Assembly (NCBI GenBank): GCA_012295275.1 | Contig: CM022672.1 | Span: 4,774,001-4,838,000 of the forward strand | Length of the DNA stretch: 64,000 nt | Direction: 5' to 3' | Source of the DNA: Chrysomallon squamiferum | Lineage: Eukaryota; Animalia; Mollusca | Shown here: piece after piece, positions 48,185-64,000 of the stretch | Numbering within the stretch: the stretch's first letter is position 1 | How the letters are laid out: each line of letters starts with the position of its first letter | The notes under the pieces: generated by a model | Seen by the model: the letters and a program-made list of their open reading frames with translations, nothing else | What the model was told of the DNA's origin: nothing | Database searches by the model: none | Translations under genes and position numbers: made by a program

Positions 48185-49795
48185 ATGGCAGTAAACAGCG
48201 AGTTATCGTCTTCGTTAACTAACGTTCTCAGAAGAATAAACGCTGTCTCTGCAATAACAGGAGTAAGAACATTTTCTTGTAAAATGCAGCCTTAGTGACA
48301 TTACTTTAGAACATTATATATTGCTATTGATTTTGGCAGTGAAGGTCAGCACGAAGGAGGGATTTGCATGAGTGGGGGGGTTGGATACCAGGCTTGAGAA
48401 TGGGTTGTTGATAACTTTAAGTCATGCGTAACAGCCAACCCAGCTGCACTAACATAATAATTCTTAAATGTTCGTTAGTTAGTTTATCGATTCTACATTA
48501 TTATTAAATCAATATTATTTATTGTCAAAAGAAATAATTATGAAATGTATCAACCATTTTAAAAAGAAAATGCCCTAATTAATGTTGAACCAAACGCCAC
48601 ACATTTTGTAGGCTAAGGGTGATTGACCCTGCTGTTCGTGTACTCTTTAGCCCGCTTCTTAATGCATGGCTAGCAAATATATAACAATAATATTATTGAG
48701 ATAAATGTTTTCTTTTTTAAGTTAAAATTTCTCTGTATGAAATAATGCTGAATTAATGGAATAAATGTTATTATTATAAATTGATGAATTGCAAAAAATA
48801 AATAAATAAAAGGATATAGAATATGTATTTAGGCTCTCTTCTTCCAAAAACACTGTTAAAGCTATAGGCATTTGTAGATTTAATTATCAAATAATAAACC
48901 AGATATGAATATGCATTAATGTTTTTGTTGTTGTTAATGTAATTTTTAAATTATCGTCAATATTATTATTATTATTATTTTTACGTTTACTTGAAATTAC
49001 TTTACATATATCAATTAAAAATAATAGAAATATGTAATTTTTAGTAATCTATTGGGGGTGTCATTGTGTGTGTGTGCCAAATGGGTATAATAATAGTAAA
49101 TGTAGTAGATAATACAAACCTCACAATTCAGATTTGGTCTGTTCAAGCTGAACATTCTTCTTATACTCATTCACAACATTTTTGTAAAAATTCAAATTTT
49201 ATTTAAAGCATAGGCTAAATAGACTAAATATATTTTGCATATATCCAAATAATTTTTACTATTATCTTTTTTTTGTTGCAGATAATAAAGTAAGACAATA
49301 AAATAAGTGTTAAAGGAAGATAACAGCTTTCTTTCTCTCTTTTTCTCTCTCAACATCTCTCTTCCTCATTCTTTCTTTTTTCTTCCTTTTTTTTAAAAAT
49401 TATTTTGTTTAATTTGTTTTTAATACATGAACAAAATCCCTGTCAGGCTGAGCATAATGTTTTTATTTATAGTAATTTAATTGATAAAATTGATATCTGT
49501 AATAATATATTAATTTTGACAGTGATAAATATAATTGTTATGATTTATTGTTTTCAGAGACCAGTGCGTTTAGTGGCTGTGAGTAAAACGAAACCAGTAG
49601 AACAAATTATATCAGCTTATGGATTTGGGCAGAGACATTTTGGAGAAAACTATGTAAGTTTCTCTTGAAAATCTCAAAAAATCTGTACAACAGATTTCAC
49701 AGAATTGTTGTTACTGTTATTATTATTGTTATGAAAAGTAGTAATAGCAATAGTAGCAGTAGTAGTAGTGTATATTTTTTTATTATTATGCTCCA

Positions 49796-49829
<34 letters not shown>

Positions 49830-51305
49830 TTTATTTTTTCAGAATTCTTGCTTGAGACTCTCACAGTATAATATAAATATTCATGAAACTTTCCTATAAT
49901 AATTACAGCCCCAGTGTCTCATAATTTTTATTTTAACGTTCAAACAAACATACACACCTTGTTTCCATGTATTAAAGCGGATGTAGATACGTTTTGTACA
50001 TAATGATTAATCTTGGAACATCTGCCTTGATTAAAATTGTTATTTGTTATTCGCACACATCTTACCTCTGCTGAAAGAGTTATTAATATTTAGACCACTT
50101 GGTGTTGTTAGCATCTTAAAATTCTGACATAGAGAAGTTTAGATTCATACTAACTATAATTTAATACTGACATCTAAGTGTATACGAATTGTACCATCAG
50201 AAAACCTGATAACATTCTTGTATACTTCCAGATCCACATTTTAAATTTTATTTATAAAAACATTATCAACCTTTAATAATATATTTTAAACATCTGTAAT
50301 AATAAATTTTTAGAAAATCATTTTGACTCACATAATTATTTCTTTCTGACCTGCTCCTATTTCAAACAGTAAAATGTTATAAATGTTCCCAGTGTTGCTA
50401 AGAAACAAGTGAGCTGCTGGAATTAAACTTAGGTGTTTATGCTTTCACAGACCTCCTTAAATATATCTTTAGTGTTTGGTATAAAAAATAAAATAACAGG
50501 AGAATTCTGCAGGTTGGTTCAAATATGTCGATAGATTTTGTGAAAATGAAAAAAAAAAACAGTCCACCCACCTCCATGAAAAACTTTTATCTATGTCATT
50601 CTGAGAATAATTTATGACTTTATTAATAAATTTAAAAACATTTATTTTAATGTTAGGTACAAGAACTGGAAGAGAAAGGTCATTCCTCACAGGTAAAAAT
50701 AAATAAAAGATAAACACACATGCATGCATGCATGCACGTGTGCACACACACACATACACACACACACACACATGCATATTTTATGGAGGAAATAACTAAC
50801 TGAATAAAAATGAAAGTAATTATTATCACAAGTTACTGAACTGAATTTTATTTACTCTTGGGCTATAGTCTACGACATTTGAGGATACATTCATACCATG
50901 TCCATTTTCAATATAATACTTTAAAAAAGTATTCTTTAAATATATATTATAGAATTTCTTGCTAAAATTACTGACATGTATATCCGTTTGCATTAATATG
51001 CTACATTAATTGTGTCTGTTGTGTATATGTCTTTGTATGTATATTTATTTATGTTTATGTATGTATATGTCTGTGTGTGTGTGTGTGTGTGTGGGTCTGG
51101 ATATGTCTGTATATGCAAACATATATCTGTCTGTATGTGTTGATATATAATTTGAAAGTAAGCTGAATATTTCAGATTCTTGAGAAATGTCCTGACATCA
51201 GATGGCATTTCATAGGACATCTTCAAAGAAACAAAGTGAACAAGGTCCTTGGTAATTTTTTACTTTTGTAAAAAAAAAATTAATTATATATATATGAAAA
51301 TTAAA

Positions 51306-51344
<39 letters not shown>

Positions 51345-54256
51345 TAATAATAATAATAATAATGGTGTTGATAAATATAATACATTTTCATAGACTAGTG
51401 TGCTATATTCAGGGATAGTTAAACAGTTTTTTATTTTTTTTTTTTTTTTTATTTTATTTATTTATTTATTAAATTTAACTTAGATTTTCAAAAATATGGA
51501 GATGTATATACATATGTGACCTTACTTGACAGAATATGATATCTTAATTTTTTTCAGTTAATTTGTGAATTTCTCAACAAACAAAAATAAATAATAAAGT
51601 TTATAAATACAACTTAACAAATGTAAAAAAAAAAAAAAATATATATATTTTTCAGCTGTTCCAAATCTACATCTGATAGAAACAATAGATTCAGAGAAAC
51701 TTGCTGAAACCGTGAACTCTTCTTGGGGAAGGCTGAAAAAACCAGGCTGTTTGAAGATCATGGTACAGATTAACACCAGTGAGGAGGACAGTAAGTGCAA
51801 CATCATGGAATGTAACTGTCTGCACTCTCCAGTTATTTTAATTCAAAGGCAATCTTAAAGAAAGCCATTCTGTTTAATTTTGATGAAAACAGTTGTATTT
51901 GATTTTAATGCAGATTAGTGTATTTGATTTGAATGGAGATTACTGTATTTACATTTAATGTAAATTATTATTTTTTTATTTTAAAGGTAGCTTCTATAGA
52001 TGATATTATGTGGTTATGTTTGTATAATTGTTATGAATGTATCTTTGATTATTTTAATATTTTGTAAACCGTCACGTCTTACATTACAGATAAACATGGC
52101 TGTGAGAAGTCTGAGGCAGTAGGACTAGTGAAGTACGTCTTAGAGAAGTGTACCAGACTGGAATTCACTGGTCTCATGACTATTGGATCTCTGCACCACA
52201 ACCTCAAATATGGGCCGAATCCAGATTTTCAGGTTGAAATCTAAATGTCCTTCTTTTCTGATTTTCTTTATTTTCGTATCTCATTAATTGATATTAGTGA
52301 ATAGAGAAATTTTAAAATAAAATCAGAATGATTTAAATTGTTGTGGGTCATCTGGAGGTGGGTTTTTTTTATTTTTATAAATTTGATAAATTGATACATG
52401 AAGAGAGTCAGTTGTTGGATGTATCCAGTAATGAAATCCTGCACAAAATTAGTAATAACTAGGAGTAATTCACTTTGTTCCAATGTATTTTTCTCAGGAC
52501 CACTCGTGTTGTCTGCTTTTATTCAGACTCTCAAGGTAGAGAAGTCAAAAAACCTAAAAAAACTATTAATATTTTGAAATGACATTTAACATTCAGGCTT
52601 TTGGTTCATTTGACTTGCATGTTTAAAGAGTGAATGACTGCTCATTGTGTTTGTTTTTTAACTCATAAAAGATAATAATTCAATATGTCATAAATGGTAG
52701 ACGTTTAGGCCACTGGATACACTTCCTAAATATACAAGTTTAAAAATGAAAACGATTCCAATGTTATTACTTAGGAACAGGAATTTATGGTACAATAGCA
52801 GCTTCTGTCATAAATCATTATTATTCAAACATGTCAGTACTAATATTTGTTGTCTCTTATTTAGGTTTAGGCTAACTTTTATTTCCATATTAACAGCTGA
52901 AAATCTTTTCTTTTAATAAAACTATGAAAGAAGATAAGTTATTTGAATATTTTGCAGTGCCTGGTTCGTTGTTGTGAGGATATCTGTAAGCAGCTGGAAC
53001 TGGACATCAACAAAGTTGAACTCAGTATGGGAATGTCTGGAGATTTTGAACATGCGGTAAGAACTGCTAAACTGAATATCACAACAGCATCATGACGTTA
53101 TTGCTGTTACTATTGTTATTACAGGTTTATTCCATAACAAAAGTCCCAAAGGTTTGGTCACCCAACTTTCTGTTATTTTTATGTTAGCTGAATAATTGTA
53201 TAATTTAATTTGTGTACATCATAAGATTCAGTGGAAGATTCCAAACAAGTAACCCTGGTGATCTGTTTATTGTGTGACCCAGTAACATTTCAAATTATGA
53301 ATAATCAACCTATTTTATTATTACTATATTTGTTGATCCAAATAGAAATGAATCCAATTTGTCAGATTTAAAAACAATTTTCCTGCTGAAAACTTTACAG
53401 GTTGACATTCAGAAATCTGGTATCCTCCAGATCTGAGGATTGCCGGATTTTCAAAAATACCCGATTTTTTGGGGGGTTATATATGGTGTATATATTTAAC
53501 AGAAAATTTCTACCTGTATACAGCAGCAAATAAATGATAAAATGAGAATGAATGAACAGGAATGCCTGATAGCAGGTGCAAGCAAGACTCGACAGCTGAT
53601 TCTGGAGTACAGTGCCATCAAAACATAAACGGTGCCTCCAGAAAACAATGGCGCACCAACATGGTAAATCTGAAAATGCACTCCAAAATCCATGCCGGAA
53701 ATCTGAAGGAACCAGATTTTCAATGGCTGGATTTTTAATGTCAACCTGTATTAAAATTTTAATGTTACATATTTCTGAACAAATTACGAATAGGTCACTG
53801 GATCAATGTTTCTAAGCACGACAGTTTGGCCAGTTCCCATTCAAACCAGTGTACCATAAATAGTTTATTAAAGGTCTTGGTATATACTTTCCTGTCCATG
53901 GCAAGATACATGTAAAAGATTCTTTGCATCTAACTGAAAAAAAACACCCCAAAACAGACCATCCAAGCAGGACCATAAATAGCAGGATTTCCTAATTATA
54001 TTTATAGTGACTAGTGATATGAATACAGTCATATAATCATCAATTAAAAATGTTTTGCAAGGATTCTAAGTTAAATAAAACATTTCCTCTTCCTTTTTCA
54101 CAGATAGAACAGGGAAGCACCAGTGTGAGGATTGGAAGCACGATATTTGGTGCGAGAACGTACCCAAACAAACCAGACCACCCGAGTTCAAATGTCGTCG
54201 ACACAGTTAATTGTCAGGCATTGGATGATAAAGAGCTAAAAGCTGATCTGGTTTAA
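48185..54256 (+). CDS. PLPBP: Pyridoxal phosphate homeostasis protein (PLPBP/PROSC, YggS family), ~271 aa; exons 48185-48262, 49558-49653, 50657-50692, 51176-51251, 51656-51790, 52090-52232, 52958-53056, 54104-54256
   Basis: Motifs [10 protein letters not shown] (PLP-binding Lys), [70 protein letters not shown]. All introns are GT-AG and in phase (816 nt). Confidence 0.95.
53398..53748. mobile_element. pogo/Tigger-type MITE (351 bp) in the last PLPBP intron
   Basis: TA|CAGGTTGACATT ... AATGTCAACCTG|TA: 12-bp perfect TIRs and TA TSD, with internal AAATCYG/CGGATTTT subterminal repeats. Confidence 0.85.
53820..54095 (+). mobile_element. Probable decayed SINE copy
   Basis: CCAGTGTACCA..AAAGGTCTTGGTATATACTTTCCTGTCCATGG..TACATGTAAAAGATTC..GTTAAATAAAACATTTCCT resembles, from memory, a widespread gastropod/metazoan tRNA-SINE core and tail. 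A related fragment lies near 57010-57170. Confidence 0.45.
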
Positions 54257-56268
54257 GGAACAAAAATCTCAATGAAAATACTCACTAAAAGCATTCTTTC
54301 TTGGCTGATGTTTTTGTCAGACTTGAGGACATCCATAAAGTACATACATCTGAAATCTCTTAGCCCATTTTACACTATGTACATATTTTGTATGGTAATC
54401 CCTCTTTGTTTTGTGCATTTGATAAATCATGCTGAATATGATTCAGTTTTAAAACTGTTTTTGTAAATATTTTACTAAAAACTTGACGTTTAAAAACTTT
54501 TTCAACTGCAGAATTCTTTTATGCCTGTATATTCTTCATACATAATATCAAAACTTCTGCTCTCTGTTTATGTATGTTATGGATGACCTGTCTGATTATT
54601 GTTTTCCTATATACAAATTATTATGTATTTTCAAAAGACATTAATACTTTGTTAAAATCTTCATTATCAATTTGCTGTATGTGATATCTTTTTGTTATTT
54701 TTAAAACCATTTAATTTTTTAATTATAGTAATATAAATTATGAATATTTTTTCTGCTTTTTTAAAAAAGTGGATTCCTAGCCATTGTAGGAGAAAAAAAA
54801 GGGGGGTTATGAAAGCTTGTTAAAATTACTATTACATTTCATGGAACTGTGATGTGCAGTGGTTCCCTAAGTGGGCAAAATCTGAGGAGGCTATAAAGGT
54901 ATTTAATTTGTAGTTTCTCCTATCTTTCATCGAATGTGCGTTGTAAATCAGAATTCTTTACAGTATTATGAAATGGCTGGAGATGAAGATAAGTAACCAG
55001 GGAGATGGTGATACTGTTTTATGGTTCTGTAAAAACAAAATTATGGTTTAAAAAGAAAGAAAGAAAGAAAGAAAAGCTTAACTGAAATAAAAGAATAAAG
55101 AACACAAAACTTTTTAATATTATTTTTATCAGTGAGTTTACCTGAGACACATCTGAAATGTATACATGTTAGTGACACTACTAAAATTACTATCGGGTGT
55201 TTTATGGGCTGAAGAAGTACAGGATGTTCATAATTAGGTAGCAGCAATTAAGTTGATATTGTGTCATCCAGTCGAATTAAAAATATAGATACTTACAAAA
55301 AGAAATTCGTAAATGGTTATAACAATGATATAATTTTAAATACTCATGTTTTCTTTTATCTTTTAAAATTAGTTTCCAATATTACTGTTCAGCAGTTAAT
55401 GGAGATGCTGCCTAAATATTTTATTCTCGTTAGATTAGCTCATTATGCTTAGACGTGTTGACAAATTGTAAATTATTTTTCTCATTTATTTATATATATA
55501 TATATGTGCTGCAGATGTTTTTGCTTAAATATTGTGCACAATTTTAGTTGTGTTTTTAATGTTTTTTTATCAATGTTTTATTAATTGTGGACATTATATT
55601 GGTGGAGGAAATATTTACTTGCCATTGTTACCAGTAACGATACACTACCAACATGAATACCAGCACACACACACACACACACATATATATGTATAGTGTA
55701 ATAAACATAGACATCTATGTACATAAAGTATGTTTTATTTACAGTTTTCACACTTTAAGTAGTTCTGAATAATATATAGGGTGTAATATACATGTTAATA
55801 TTTTCACAATTAATTTCATCTAATTATGTTCTCACATGTTACCAGTAAATGTTCAAATCGTTGTTACCTGAAAATAAATATCTATATAAAATTTATTTCA
55901 ATCAAGTTGATAAATTGATGAAAATGTAAATTTAAAAAATATATATACATGTATATGTACTTTTGTTTTATGTTCAAGTCTTTGTAAAAATGTACATATA
56001 ATTATGCAGAGGGTTATAAATACACTTAAAAATCCAGGAAAGTAAAACAAGTCTAATATCACAATGCTGGTTCAAAATTAAGTGCAGATGGCCATAATAT
56101 GTGAATGGAACAAACATGGAATCCATGGAATTGTTTTAGTTATTGGAAAATTTGGCCTATCACAGTATGCAGTGAATTTTTTTTCAAATAATTGTTTTGT
56201 CACTAAACACCAACCTTTGCTAATAAATAAAATCTGACAAAAAGACCATTCTGAATGTGACACATTTC

Positions 56269-56299
<31 letters not shown>

Positions 56300-56989
56300 G
56301 TTGATGTCATTTAATACATAAAATCAATATATATAAAGTAATTTTGCCAAATATATATTTACTTTTTATTGTTTACTTTTACCATCATTGCAAAGTTTCT
56401 CTTCATAACTAAACATAATTTTTTTAACAATATCTGATCTCAAAAATGATGGGGTAAATGGTTTGTCTCCCTGCTTCCTTCTGAAGTCATTTTATTGTCA
56501 TATTTTATTATTATCAATGTTGGGGTTAAGTAAAATAAAAAAAATACCTCAGATATAAAATGTATTAATAAAGCAACCTCAGGAAATACATTACTAAAAA
56601 CAAATGTCTTTGCTACATTATTTTGCAAACTATATTATTAAAAAAATGATAAAATTGTGGTTTTTTGATACCATCTTAAATTATGCATAGCTTGATCAAA
56701 TGTGCAATTGAAATTTTGTGTTAAATGCAGTCAAGTTAAATCTTCTTCAGGTGTACAGCTCTTGTAGTACAGGTCTGATGTAGGTTTTAAATAAATTTAT
56801 TTACACTGTTAATGTTATTTTGTTTTTCAGTTTTTGTTTAGAACACTCTAAATGAAAGTTGTTTTATAATTGTTTGTTTTTGGACTTTGCTGCTCCCAGA
56901 TTTTGAAATTTAAAATAAAACATGGTTTGTCTTCAAAACTGTGGTTCTGGGGCAATTTCTTGTTTTTTTTTCAAATTTTGTTTTAAATG

Positions 56990-57170
56990 CAGTCAAGTAT
57001 AGCTTACTCATCTGTGGAAAAGTGCATATAAAAGATTCTCTACTGTGAATTGGAAAGTGTACCTGACACTTCTGAATATTGCTCTTCAGAAATAAAATTC
57101 TTTCTAGCAGCTGAAGACAGAAAATTAATGTATTTAATAATGTATATTAAAGAAAACAAACTTTAAACAT
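56990..57170 (+). mobile_element. Second decayed fragment of the same SINE-like family
   Basis: TCTGTGGAAAAGTGCATATAAAAGATTC core shared with the 53820-54095 copy, plus an AAAACAAACTTTAAAC tail. Confidence 0.35.
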
Positions 57171-57622
57171 CTTTGAACAAAGGATCAATCCCATTTAGGA
57201 GTTATCCTGCAATAATTTAAACCCCGTAATAACATTAATATCACAGGCCCATACAAATACAGAATACACTGAATAAAAATCAACAAAATAACAACAAAAC
57301 ACAGTAATTAGAAATTATAATATATATTGTCATAAATTTTATATTTTTTATACAAATGAGGTGGAGACAAGCTCCGAAGTCTACTTATTAAAACACCTAC
57401 GAAAGATGATATTCAAATATAATTCTACATAAAAAAAAATGTCTCATATAATATCTCTTATCAATATATATTTAAATATTAGTCCACTTCGAAAACTTCA
57501 TTTTTATATATTTTTTACAACACCTTTGTTTCAGCAGTTTAAAATATCCTGTGACAAAAGAAGAGAGCATTGTGTCAGTACGTCTTGAGGTGGACATTTG
57601 AAATTTATTTTAAAGTACTTTT

Positions 57623-63829
<6,207 letters not shown>

Positions 63830-64000
63830 CTGAAAAAAAAAAAAGAATTAAAAAAATTTGTTTTTTATTAGTATCAATAACAGCAATAATGTCATAACTA
63901 CAAATTATTAACTAATACAAATACAAATAATAATCAGTACAGGTAATATTAACAACAACATCAACAATTGACAGGTAATAAACATTATGATCATAATAAT

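Noticed and set aside
48330-48670. Hairpins in PLPBP intron 1 as an H/ACA snoRNA
   Set aside because: Only isolated short stems; H box and ACA spacing do not fit.

Overview
Very AT-rich, microsatellite-laden eukaryotic (invertebrate, probably molluscan/lophotrochozoan) genomic DNA with five intron-containing genes. I rebuilt each exon by exon, and splice phases are consistent throughout. (1) glass, a five-C2H2-finger photoreceptor transcription factor (+, CDS 3317-9297). (2) A divergent T-box transcription factor convergent with glass (-, 26198-19455). (3) A type II pantothenate kinase (-, 46682-39389). (4) The PLP-homeostasis protein PLPBP/PROSC, head-to-head with the kinase (+, 48185-54256). 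(5) The 3' part of an M17 cytosol leucine aminopeptidase, LAP3 (-, from beyond the window end to 57623), which contains a GC-AG intron. Also present are two TA-flanked pogo/Tigger-type MITEs, a decayed Tigger transposase fragment, a probable hAT MITE, probable decayed SINEs, several minisatellites and GC-richer non-coding islands around the two transcription factor genes. The most notable observations are three. An out-of-frame upstream ORF overlaps the glass start codon in both the spliced and the intron-retained RNA. The T-box domain cannot be assigned to a standard class and carries an N-terminal ALDLS motif. The vitamin B5 and B6 genes PANK and PLPBP form a divergent pair. Most entries in the supplied ORF track are microsatellite artefacts.
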